A stretch of 64,000 nt of DNA from contig CDMY01000243.1 of the NCBI GenBank assembly GCA_001179505.1, forward strand, positions 1-64,000, written 5' to 3'. The notes under the pieces were generated by a model that saw nothing but the letters and a program-made list of their open reading frames with translations, made no database searches and had not been told where the DNA came from. Source of the stretch: Vitrella brassicaformis CCMP3155. Its lineage: Eukaryota; Protista; Chromerida. Positions 1-11,557 of the stretch are shown here, one piece after another (within the stretch, counting starts at the first letter, position 1; each line of letters opens with the position of its first letter). The position numbers and the translations under genes are program-made.

Positions 1-170
1 GGCGCCACTGTGGCATCATACAGGTGGAAGCGTGTTTGTAGGTCAAGGGCAGGAAGCTGTCTAAGGCGACGTCGATATACCGCTAGCGCACGGCACTCAC
101 CAAAGCAACAAGCAATCCGGAACGCGAGCTCAACTGCGAGCTAAGCGAAAAGCGAAGGAAAGAAACGAAG

Positions 171-2430
171 ATGGGTGAGTAAGGGTGAGTAAGGGTGAAT
201 CCAGACACTTACAGAGCGGTAACCAGACACATATCTATCACGGTCGATCGTGCTTTCTGCTCAGATCCAGGTTACCCGCCAGAGGTGAAGGAGGAGCCGC
301 CAGACGAAGACCATGCCGCCGCACACGAGCCAATGGGACCGTCACAGCCGTCACACCCTGTGCACATCAAGCAGGAACCAATGGCAGACGCACCACCACC
401 TCAAAATGAGCAGCAGCACGGCTATGAAGCCCAACAGATCCATCAGCAGCAGCAGCAGCAGCAGCAGCAGCCGAGAGAAATGCAGCGGTCCGTAGGAAGA
501 GAGAGAGAGAGATGGATCGGCGCATGTGTGTGTGGGTGTGCGCGAGTGTGTGTTCAGAGGCCCCCCGGCGCGTTATCCTGTTCATCATCAAGGCCCTCCC
601 CCACCGCGGCCACCCCCTGGTCCCAGCTTCAGAGAACGAATCGGTACACACCCTTATATCCACCCTGCCCCAACAAACGCGCAAAGGCGCCTGTGCGCCT
701 CGAGGCGGGTCTGTCTGTCTGTCTGTCTGTGACCGGTGTGTGCGTCAGCGCACGGCCCCCATGTGCGCTACTTCCTGATCAAGAGCAACAGCGGCGAGAA
801 CCTCAGCACCAGCATGGTCAGTGTCAGTGAGCGGGGCAGTGGGGCTGTCGGCAGAGGGTGAGTGCACGTGTACAAGGCATTCTGTGTGTATGTGAGTGAG
901 TGCAGGAGTTGGGTGTGTGGGCGACGATGCAGCGGAACGAAGAGAAGCTCATCCAGGCTTTCAGGGTAAGAAGCAGACAACCAGGGATCGATTCTCTCTC
1001 TCTCTGTCTGCACAGGGAACGAACTTATGCGTGTGTGCGTGCAGTCGTCCTCCGATGTGGTGCTGATCTTCTCCCTCAACGACAGCGGGGCCTTCCAGGG
1101 CTACGCAAGGATGAGAAACGAGTGAGGACGCTCATTCACCACACATATGGTGTCACGTGGCTGTGGGTCTGGGTCTGTGTGTGGGTCTGTGTGTGGGTCT
1201 GTGTGTGGGTCTTGTGGATGCAGGCCGGGCCAGTCGTCGATCAGGGATGTGTTCGTCAAGCCCAACGGGCAGACCTTCAGGGCCAGACACTTCGACATAG
1301 AGTGGATCGAAACGTATGTACGTACGTACGTGGGTATTCGACAGTACACACACACACACACACACACATACACATGAATATGCACGTGCCATGCTGTGTG
1401 TGCGCAGCCACGATGTGCCGTTCCAGCTGACGGGCCACATAACCAACCCCCTCAACGACAACAGACCCGTCAAGATCGGCAGAGACGGACAGGTAGGTGA
1501 ACACACTCACACATGAATATGATTGACGCCGCGTGTCATGATTAGTATGTTTCTTTCCTGTGTGTGTGTGTGTGTGTGGGCGCCGGCCGGTTGCAGGAGC
1601 TCTCCCCTGACTGTGCGCGCGCCCTCCTTGCGCTGTTTGACCAACACGGCAACCTCGGTACAGGTGTACTGCACCCCAGCCATTGAGAACAGGGAAGGGC
1701 AATCATCGCCTTCGTCTGCACAGGCCCCCCTCCCCCTCCCCCACTCCCCTCCCCAATCCCCCCTCCACATGGCCATTTCCATGACGACCGGCCGCCACCG
1801 ATGCCACACCCACACCCACACGACTATTGGGGCTATGACGGGTCAGCCAGCCAACCAGCAAGGTGCGCATCCTTTGTGTCTGAATCTCTCTGGAGATGGG
1901 TGGATGTGTGTGTGTGTGTCAGGCCTCCACCCCCAATGGCCATGAGCCGGCCGCCAGGGCCCTATCGCCCTCCCCCCGGACCACAGCAGCCTCCGGTGCC
2001 ATTCAGCTACCAGGACGGGTGGGTGCAAACATACGAGACACTGATTAACGCTCTAAATGCCTCTGTCTGTCTGTCTGTCTATTTTCAGGCCGCCTGCATC
2101 TGCTGAGGGTCCGGCGCCAGAAGGTGGTGGGGGCGGTGATGAAGGCAAGAGCGGGAAGAAGCGCAAGAGGGACCTGAAGCGTGGCGACTACTGCTGGATC
2201 ATCGCAAACATGGTAGGTATACCGTCTGGCACCTGATTGCATTGACACCTCACACCACACTCAGCAAACAGATCGGTTTATCCGGATGGTGCGTGTGTAC
2301 GTGTGTATGTGTGCATGTGTGTGTGTCTGCACAGTCCTATGAGGAATATCTCGACGCCTACCACCGATGGGTTGCTTTCCAGCAGCAGCAGCAGCAGCAG
2401 CGGACGGCCGGTGGTCCGCAGATGGCGTAG
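171..2430 (+). CDS. YTH-domain m6A reader (YTHDC1/CPSF30-YTH-like), multi-exon, with polyQ/Pro-rich flanks
   Basis: Spliced exons give RYFLIKSNSGENLSTSM / ELGVWATMQRNEEKLIQAFR / SSDVVLIFSLNDSGAFQGYARM / FDIEWIE / HITNPLNDNRPVKIGRDGQ / ELSPDCARALLALF, the canonical YTH motif order. ATG at 171 is followed by a GT-AG intron that joins in frame to GYPPEVKEEPP. Confidence 0.93.
1166..1211 (+). repeat. Short tandem repeat (GTGTGTGGGTCT) x3 plus a partial unit, in a YTH intron
   Basis: Directly visible: gtgggtct gggtct (gtgtgtgggtct)x3. Confidence 0.8.
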
Positions 2431-2972
2431 CTCGAAGGGAGATGATGATTGCTGTCCTCGATGGTAGGGCCTGTCGCGCATGTGTGCTGGCTACACTATC
2501 ATGCCTGACCTCCTTCCTACGGCTCGACCGTCCCCCCAGCCAGTGCGTCAGCCGATCAGTTGGGGGAGGGAAATGGCCAGTGGCTCGCCGACTTGTGCTC
2601 TTATACATGGATGGATGTCGGCACTTCTATACTATGTGGGGAAACGGTTCGCCGCGCGAATGACCGTCGAATTGTTGAACTACTGAATGCGGTATCGCTC
2701 GTGTAGGGATGGATAAAGTCTCACCGCACCACACATGGGACATGGACAAATCCGTCCCCCAGGGGCTCCCCCTCACGGGCCACAAAACACCACACGCACA
2801 TTCACACACAAACACACACACATACACACACTGTGTCGCTGGTCGCATTATCTTCTACTTTACACACAGACACGCGCACACAGACACACACACGACCCCA
2901 TCCCCCCCTCGCCATTCCGCAGACTCACACAGAAAGACCGACATACGGGCGGCATCAAGGACTCGCGAATCC

Positions 2973-3152
2973 CATCTGCTGGTGTGGCTTTCAATCGACA
3001 GTCCGTGCGTGAGTGACACACTCCATCCGCAGCATCGGTTTGCGCGAATGGAGCGGCCGACCCACACACAGATGGACAATCGAAAGGCACACTCACACAG
3101 ACAGACAGACAGACAGACAGACAATCACAGTAGAAGCACCATCCCTCCCAAG
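2973..3152 (-). repeat. Dispersed structured repeat, copy 1 (inverted relative to 6088-6251)
   Basis: Its reverse complement matches 6088-6251: about 70/78 nt in the core and 19/20 nt in a terminal block (manual count). Confidence 0.85.
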
Positions 3153-3631
3153 CATGTAAAAGCACGCACGCATAGACCTCTCTTCTCTTCTCTCTGTGTC
3201 GCCCCCCTCTGTGCCTCTCCCGGCCGCGTCTGCAGAGGAAACCCGATGCTGCCGTATCGTGACAGCACTAGATCGCCTCTGCAGCCCCTGGTCAAAGACG
3301 CACAGGGGGAGACACTTTGCAGAGAAAACAGCCCATCATGTGCCAGCCAGAAACCACCCCGTGCACCCATATTTGCTGCCTCCATGTCTCCATTCATTGA
3401 GCGACACACGCGTGCCGTCAAATGGCGCACCACGCGAAAAAGGTGCGGTCGCCACCACATGAACACACACACATGCACGTCAGCAGCATTATCACGCAAT
3501 CAAAACCCGAATAAAGAGGCGCACAGGCGCGCAGGTGCTATACCGTGCTGAGCGAGGCCACTCGCTCGTCTCACATGAACACGTGCATCGATGCGACATG
3601 GACTGCGATATGTGTCTGTAAGTGTCCCTTC

Positions 3632-4145
3632 TTAAAGGTTGAGAGGGAACTTGTGCACGTTGATCTCATAAAGCCAGTCGAAGTACTTAACAGCCTGCAC
3701 GGTATGGTCATCCCAACACACACGAAGAGACAGAGACTGTCGGTTTGTTGTGCAGTTGACGGCAGTTTGCGGCCGGCCTTGTGCTGACTGACCTTCTTGG
3801 GAAAGTTTCGGAGGTCGAACCTGCTGAGCTGACCTGCGGAGTCAAACCGGTGGGGGGACCGTGCCGCCTCATCGCGGATGAAATCCGACAACCACCTGAC
3901 AGACACAAAATGCACACGCAGCCGTGAGGGGATCATGCCTCTCTGATCCATCACGTGTGTGGTCGTCACCTGAGTGCTCGTTTGGTCTGGTTGTTGGGCG
4001 CTTGGGTGTGGTCGACGTTCCAGGGCAGGACCTCTGGATGGAATTGGGTGGCGTATATGGGCAGGTGGGGCTGCCGCGCCTCCATAGCCGAGATGAAGGG
4101 ACGGCCGATGCGATCTGTGTTGACGGCCAAGGCGCTGAAGCAGAC

Positions 4146-4179
<34 letters not shown>

Positions 4180-5289
4180 GGTGTGTCCGGTGCGTCTGTG
4201 GATGTGCTGCTAATGTACCGAAAGCTGTGTGCAAGGCCTGTCTGGATGAAGTCGGTCGGACTCACACCCCACTCGTGGAAGTTGGTGGTCGAATTCTGAC
4301 CAACACACAACACACATTCTCCCAACAAGTAGCCCTTTCCGTTTCTCCCTGCCTTTGCCCATCTCACCTGGTCTCTGAGTGCCATGACCACCTCTTCTGG
4401 CGCCTCGCCGAACAGGCGAGAGTACCTCTCAGTGCCGTGTGTGAGTGGCAGGGGCAGCACCAGGCTTTCCGCATCGGTGCGGGTGAGGATCTGCCAGCCG
4501 CCCTCAAGCACTGCCAACACTGCACACACAAGAGGCGCACACTGGCGTACGGATGCGTGTCTGTCTGTCGAGTGTGTGTGTGTGTACCTTCAAACCCTTG
4601 ACAAGTGCCCCAGATGACGAACGAGTTTGGTCGTCTGGCGTTCATCTGGACGGCCTCGTCGTAGATGAGCTGAGCGGTCCGCATGTACTCGTTGGGATGC
4701 GACGAATTGACGATCGAGTGGCCGCCTTGAAACATCACACCGTTCACCTGCACGCCATTTCACGGCACCACACACGCATCACTTGACTCACATGAACATG
4801 TAGCAGCGGTGCATGCGCCTCGCTCACCCTTCTGAGCAGCTGTCTGAGGGTGTTCTCTGGCGCATCGTACGGCAGAGGGATCACACGGGAGCCGCCCTTG
4901 TCTAGCCACTCGACAAATGACCCTCCTGCAAACACACAAAGCGACACACACGCACAGGCGCCCAAACACCAGCGGATAAAGCCACATAAGGCAAGTGCCC
5001 GGCTGCCTCGCTGACCTATATACGATGTGCCCGTGAGATTGAAGGCCTCCCTGAAGCTCTCGTCCGTTGGATTAGTTACAACACCTATCACAGGTCGGGC
5101 AGATGTGGGCGGCGCATCCCCGATCAGAGAGGGCTGGTAGTGCGGCCCGTGTAGCATGACGGCGGTCAGCGTGACGGATGCGATGGCCGCCAGACAGAGC
5201 ACCAGGATGACCACAGCGGAGGGCCGTGCTGACGAGGCGGCATCATCATGTGACACCAGCAAGGGCGCGCTGAGGGCGTGGCCCTTCAT
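3632..5289 (-). CDS. GGH: Gamma-glutamyl hydrolase (peptidase C26, class I glutamine amidotransferase-like) with N-terminal signal anchor
   Basis: PVIGVVTNP, TSYI, SFVEWLDKGGSRVIPLPYD, VNGVMFQGG, catalytic WGTCQGFE and ATQFHPE; hydrophobic segment VVILVLCLAAIASVTLTAVML; last exon AVKYFDWLYEINVHKFPLNL*. Confidence 0.92.
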
Positions 5290-5521
5290 TCCGAGTCTGG
5301 CAATGGCAGGGCGCCTCCTGATCTTTTGTCGTCGTCTTCTTGCGGGACACGAAAAAGGATCGGGCGCCGATCGCCGTCGGAAAAGAGCAGCGAAAGAGAG
5401 GCAGGAGGGCAGGAGATCCTCGAGTAGCAGGTGAGCGTGGCTTTCATCTCAAAGATCTTGGAAAAAGGTGACGTGCATCTGCGTGTGTTTGCAGTTGCTT
5501 GTTCGGTATTCAGCAGGGCAG

Positions 5522-5980
5522 ATGTCGGCCGAGTCTGACGCCAGCGGCACTCGCACCCCGCCTGCCAACTACGAGGAGACCCGGCTCGGCATGTATCGAG
5601 AGCTCCTGAAGCGTGACGCCGGGCTGGCGAGTGAGCAAGACGCCTACGGCCGCACGCCCATCCACCACATGGCCGCCACGCCCACAGCCTTCTCCCAGCG
5701 CTTCCTGCAGAGCTATCTCGACCTCCTCACATCACACGGGGCGCAGGTCGACCACCGAGATCTGGCTGGCAAGACGCCGTTGGAGCTGGCGGCCGTGTGC
5801 CTGAGCGAGCAGCAGAAGGGCAAGGCGGCGCAGGACGCCATCGAGCGGCAGACGGAGGTGATTCGGATGCTGCTGCGGAAGGGTGCGTGTGTGGATCTGC
5901 TGCCCAAGGCGACGCCCCAGCAGCGGCACGTGAGGGGGTTGGTCAAGAAGATCGATGAGGAGGTCAAGCAGGCCGACTGA
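5522..5980 (+). CDS. Ankyrin-repeat protein (short, intronless CDS)
   Basis: DAYGRTPIHHMAA, GAQVDHRDLAGKTPLELAA and IRMLLRKGACVD are ankyrin repeat signatures. An upstream GT-AG intron is probably in the 5' UTR. Confidence 0.82.
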   Translation: MSAESDASGTRTPPANYEETRLGMYRELLKRDAGLASEQDAYGRTPIHHMAATPTAFSQRFLQSYLDLLTSHGAQVDHRDLAGKTPLELAAVCLSEQQKGKAAQDAIERQTEVIRMLLRKGACVDLLPKATPQQRHVRGLVKKIDEEVKQAD

Positions 5981-6087
5981 CTGACTGACGGACTGCCAGT
6001 TTTCAGTTTTGCTGCATACGAAATGAATAGCTTCCTTTTGTACCCACGTTGATGCTTTTGTAACGTCTTGGAAAGACACGTGGAGAT

Positions 6088-6251
6088 ATTGGGAGGGATG
6101 CTCTTGCTGTGTGGCTTGTCTGTCTGTCTGAGTGTGTCTTTTGATTGTCCATCTGTGCGGGTGTCGTCCGCTCCGTTCACGCAAACCGATGCTGCGGATG
6201 GAGTGTACGACACCTGTCTGAATGGCCAAGCGAAAGACACACCAGCAGATG
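6088..6251 (+). repeat. Dispersed structured repeat, copy 2
   Basis: Matches the reverse complement of 2973-3152, including the identical core CGCAAACCGATGCTGCGGATGGAGTGT. Confidence 0.85.
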
Positions 6252-6568
6252 ATGTCTACGGACGGCTGCTCGGTGGCGGCTCTGTTTTCTCTGTCCATGT
6301 GTCTGTCGCCCGTTGGCCAAGAATGACTGGCCCTGTTTTGATGCATGTCCGTGTTTGTCGGTGTGTGTGTGTCGAGTAGGGGTGGGTGATCTGTGGCGAG
6401 CTGACGGAAGTGACGGATTTGTTTGTCATCAATGCATCGATTCCATGCATGATTTATTAGACTTTCTCCGTGCATACCAACCAATGAATGCACGTGGACA
6501 CGTCACCCATTGCACGAACGCCTTCCTGACGAACGCAACGTCCATGGATTCGATCCAATCAGCAACTG

Positions 6569-8190
6569 CGTTCGTTCGTTCGTTCGTTCGTTTGTTAACG
6601 GACACCGAGGTCCCGGCCTCTGAGGGCAGATGCTGTGTCCATGAAAGCGTTTGTCATATCGAGAAAACTAAGCTGACGGGTGCAAAGAAAGCCAGCGCTT
6701 GCGAGAAGCCACGGCCATCAAAAGAAACTGAGCCAACGCACATTGCACAGGGAGAGAGCGCGAAGTAAGCAATGACCATGCGAACACCAGGGCATCACAA
6801 CGAGCGAGATCCCACCAAAAATACACCACACCATCCGGTGCAGTCAATCCATACATGCGAACAACACGGAAGACCTCCCTACGTGGAGAGCTATAGAGCG
6901 GGCAATAGAAAAGCACATGCAACTCATCCTCAACAGGCGGCACAAGCCACGGCATCGGCCAGCTGGCGGGAGGGCAAGTAGCAGCGCAGAATGGGCAGAA
7001 GCGTAGGAGACGAGACCGATGAGTCAGCCGACCATCTGTGACAGCACAAGTATAGGTGCCGGTGCGGAATGAAAACAGCATACGGCGCTCAGCAGAGGGG
7101 AGAGAAAAATAACATGGGAGAGTGGACAGGGGGTGAACTAGACGATAAAGCCAATCCTGACCAGACTCAAGAATAAAATCACGCAGGAATGCAGGCACAT
7201 ATGTGGGCAGACAGACAAGACAATCGCGATCGAGGCAGCAACGCTGGTTACGAGAGGCAAAAATCCGGCGAACCACCGGGAATGTGTGAGGGAAGTGATG
7301 ATTGAAGAAGGCTGACGCAGTGAAAAGGCATTGTCGTGCAAGGAAGAGAATACGACTGCGAGCAGTAGACCTACTATAACCCCGCCATGGCAACAGACAC
7401 AGAGGAAGTGAAGCAAGGGAGAGGGGTGGAGGAAGAGAAGGCGCGTCACGCAGTACGGTATGATTGGCGCGAATNNNNNNNNNNNNNNNNNNNNNNNNNN
7501 NNNNNNNNNNNNNNNNNNNNNNNNNNNNNNNNNNNNNNNNNNNNNNNNNNNNNNNNNNNNNNNNNNNNNNNNNNNNNNNNNNNNNNNNNNNNNNNNNNNN
7601 NNNNNNNNNNNNNNNNNNNNNNNNNNNNNNNNNNNNNNNNNNNNNNNNNNNNNNNNNNNNNNNNNNNNNNNNNNNNNNNNNNNNNNNNNNNNNNNNNNNN
7701 NNNNNNNNNNNNNNNNNNNNNNNNNNNNNNNNNNNNNNNNNNNNNNNNNNNNNNNNNNNNNNNNNNNNNNNNNNGACGAATCCCATCGTGCGACCAGTGT
7801 GTCAGAGTAGTATGCCTTTGTGAGGCCGACATGAAGATCACGCAAAACAGCGTCAGTAATGGGACCCACATTGGAAATGAGAGTGCGATGACCAGCATAG
7901 CTGAGCAGGGCAGCAAAGCGAGCATACACGTTGTGCTGCTGTCTGTACAGATATGTATGATCCGTCTGCATGTTGCTGAACTGACGGGTGGATGTGTACG
8001 CTGCCTGAGCCTCCAGAAGGGCCTTTTGTGCCAAAGGCCCGCAGCGGCCATTCCATACACGACACAAAAACCCTAGCTGTCTGCGACGCGCTTCATACGT
8101 GACAGAGAAGCGACCGGTCTCACTCAACAGAGCATCATTGCTGACACGAGACGACGCGTGTGCAAGGGGGTGGAGAAGAGGCAGTCCAGC
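6569..8190 (-). mobile_element. 5'-truncated non-LTR retrotransposon (LINE) ORF2 3' end, interrupted by an assembly gap, with (AACG)n tail
   Basis: Post-RT segment SNDALLSETG...RRRQLGFLCRV at 7775-8150. C-terminal PCYF...RMLFSFRTG...RFCPFC...VEDELHVLFYCPLYSSPR is the zinc-knuckle-like end typical of LINE ORF2. Stop at 6668, then ~70 nt of 3' UTR and the tandem tail at 6569-6596. Confidence 0.8.
7475..7774. other. Assembly gap (N run)
   Basis: About 300 N. Confidence 0.99.
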
Positions 8191-8344
8191 TCTGCGCGGG
8201 ACAGCCGCACGTGACAAGCAGAGTAAGAATCATCGGGAAAACACAAAGATCGCCGTCCATGTCCAGTTTGTTTTTCCCCCGTGGCGTGTTGCTTGTCCAC
8301 AGGCCTGTGATTCATTCATTCATCTGTGCGGTGGTGAATGCGCG

Positions 8345-11300
8345 ATGAAGGTGGTCGGTCTGATATCTGGAGGCAAGGACAGCATCTTCAATCTGCACTG
8401 CTGCGTCGCCATGGGCCACGACCTCGTCGCACTGGCACACCTGAAACCGCCACATCACACACGTACGGAATGAATGGCCCGATGGATGGACGGATGGACG
8501 AGTGCCCAGCACGCAGCTATCTCATTTCACCGACACGCTCACATTGACACATGCGCTGTGCTTCTGTCTGTGGCTGTGTGTGTGTGTGATTCAGTTGAGA
8601 GCGACAGCTGGATGTACCAGAGTGTGGGTGCCGAGGTGGTGGAGGCGATAGCCACCTGCATCGACAGACCACTCATACAACGAACTATCACCGGTACGCA
8701 CCGTTGAGGCAGGCAGCACACACACGAACACACAAGTCCCTTCATCACCTCACCCTGCCTGCAGGTGTCCCGCGTGCCACCGGCACCCTAGGGTACGACG
8801 TGACGGCTGGCGACGAGGTGGAGGACCTCAGATTGCTCCTGCAGAGCGTCAAGGTGACTGACTGACTCATGTGGATGGCATCCCACCCGCTCCACTCCAC
8901 TCACAGCCAGCAACGTGTGTGTGTGTCAATGTCAGGATGCCTACCCGGATGTGTGTGGTGTGGCGTGCGGTGCCATTCTGTCCGACTACCAGCGACTGAG
9001 GGTGGAGCACGTCTGCGGCCGGCTGGGCCTCTGCGTACTCGCCCTTCTGTGGAAACAGCCGCAGGTACGACTGGAGGGGCAGCGACCGACCGAGCAGTCA
9101 GTACGGACACGCGGATCTGCTCGCGTCTGTGACATTCATTCAGGTGGCTCTGCTGGACCAGATGATTGCTTGTGGCATGGAGGCGGTGCTCGTCAAGACA
9201 GCCAGCATGGGTGGGTAAGGCAGTGAGTCGGCAAGGACACGGGCAAGACGTGCACAGGGGTGCTCCGTCCTTCAGGTCTGAAGCGTGCCCATCTCGGCAG
9301 GACCATCGCCGACCTCAGACCACACTTCCACCAACTGGTAAGCAATCTACCGCCAGTTCTGGGGGGCCAAGTAGCTGGTTTCAGAATTTGTGTGTTTCTC
9401 ATCTTTGGTCAGCACGGCGCTTTCGGCTTCCACGTGTGTGGTGAGGGCGGCGAGTACGAGACCATCACAACAGACTGCCCTCTCTACAAGAAGCGACTCG
9501 TCATGTAACCGCCCATTCTCGCCCACCTCATGCTCGTGCTCATGTCTGTCTGTCTGTCAGCGACGCAAGCGAGACGGTGACCCACACGGATGACGGCATC
9601 GCGCCAGTGCTTCTGCTTCACGTCACCAAATGGCACCTGGAGGACAAAACGCCCTCGCCATCGCCCCTCGCTGCCCCCATGCAGCCCTTCATCTCCCTCG
9701 AGCGGTATCTCACTGACGCATCCTTCCAGCGGGCGGCCATACGCCGGGCGGATGTCGCCGATAATGGGGATGCCTTGACGCGCACACAGTCGATGGCGGC
9801 AAGAGAGGCGACGTGGAGAGAGCATCAGGTGCAACGGGCGGGAGGGAGTGGGCAAGGGATGGGCGGGGTCGGTGTGTGTGTGTGATGGATGTCGGTCGTG
9901 TGTGCAGGGGTTGGTCTGGACGTCAGAGCTGGATGTGTCGAGTCTGCCTTCGATGGACGGGGAGGACGGCTTGTCCCCGGTAGCTGACGAGGAGGAAGCG
10001 GTCACTCAGAGCAGGCGCCTCTTCACCCGGTTGAAAGGTGGGTAGCAGACAGACAGAAGGAAACCATACACACATACACACGTGCCTTTCATCCGTCCAC
10101 TTCAGCGTGGCTGTCCCGTGAAGGTCTCTCCCTCCAGGACGCCGTGCACGTGGCCCTCCAAGTGTCCGAACTCTCCCTCTTCACACGCATCAACGCCATC
10201 TACGCGGGCCTCTTCCCATCCTCCCCGCCGGCACGCTACTGCATCCAGACACACCTGCCAGCCGGCACTCATATCAGGGCAAGGCTGCTGATGCATCGCG
10301 GAGGTGGTGGGCACATGCGGCGGCGGCATCTGCACGTGCAGTCGATATCCACATGGGCGGCGGCGTGCATCGGGCCCTACAGCCAGGGAGTGGCAGTGGG
10401 CCGGGGGAGGGGTGCTGAAGGCGAGGGACAGTGTGGGGGTGGGGTGGCGTGGCTGTCGGGAGTGATCGGGCTGATCCCACATGCGATGAAGAGGCCCGAG
10501 GAGGCTGATGTACAATCATGGTGAGTGAGCAAGGACACACCACACCGACACAGGCGCCTTCATTCCTCACTCTGAGTGTCTGCCTCCTGTCAGTTCTTCA
10601 CTACTTTATCCGGCACCCACCCAGCAGCCCCTCTCGTATTTCCTGCCTGCAGAAGTGGAGGTGGCTTTGGCCCTCAGGTCTGTGCGCAACGTGCTGACGG
10701 AGATGCGCACATCCCTACTTCACCTCGTCAGCCTCCTGGTCTTCACCAGCGACCCAGCCATCGACTTCGACGCACTGGAGGCCATGCTCAGGCGTCTCAT
10801 GGCTGCCAACAGGATGCCTGCATCTTCGGAAGGCGACAAGCGGCCTTCGCGGCCTTATGTGGGGGGCAGCCGCATTCTTGGGAAGGATGAAAGCGACTAC
10901 ATAGAAGAAGAGAAGGGCCGTGACCGTTATGGCGATGTTGTAGAGCGGCCTTCGTCGCCTCCCGTGGCTGTGACGCTTGTGTTTGCTCGAGTGCCGGCTC
11001 TCCCGCGTGGCTGCAGCGTTGAGCTGGCCCCTGTGGCTGCGGTACCCCTGGCTGCAATGGCATTGCAGCACAGGACGGGCCGCATCGAGTGGGAAGGCTG
11101 GGAGATGGGCGTCACGGCCACATGGGACTATGGCAGGCTGATGGCCATCGCCATCTCGTTGGGTGTCTCTCGTGCAAGGCCAAGGCCAGACGCTGAAGGT
11201 GACGACTTGCCCCTCGCCGTGCGTGCGAGTATGTGGGTGCTGCGGCAGCTTGTGGTGGGCGTGGGGGGGGTGTCGGTGGACTCGCTGACGGCAGTGGATG

Positions 11301-11557
11301 TGCTGTGTGCCCCATGCTGTGAGCTGGACCGTGATGGCGTGTGTGCGTGTTGGGAGGGGGAGGGCGGGTTGTCTGCCATTGATTCGCTGGAAGCGAGCTA
11401 TAAGGTGTGCATGGGGGTGAAGGTGGTTGATGAGGCAGGGACGATTGGGTCGTGCCCCGCTATTTTGGTGGTGCCCGTGTGTCGACTGGACGGGGGTGCT
11501 GACATGGTCATCATGTGTCACGCTGTGCATGGCATGGAAGGAAGATTGAATGAGTGA
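8345..11557 (+). CDS. DPH6: Diphthine--ammonia ligase with two C-terminal RidA/YjgF-like domains
   Basis: MKVVGLISGGKDS, ESDSWMYQSVG, DEVEDL, GAILSDYQRLRVEHVCGRLGL, HVCGEGGEYET; Rid-like INAIYAGLFPSSPPARYC, HLHVQSISTWAAACIGPYSQ and VPALPRGCSVE. Confidence 0.95.

Noticed and set aside
6140-6251. SECIS element (hairpin with AAA in the apical region)
   Set aside because: No RUGA/GA kink-turn quartet at the helix base, and neither adjacent gene has an in-frame TGA.
6668-8217. Long ORFs containing X runs around the gaps (also 53640-54290)
   Set aside because: Their length is an artefact of N runs; only the flanking LINE-like segments are interpretable.
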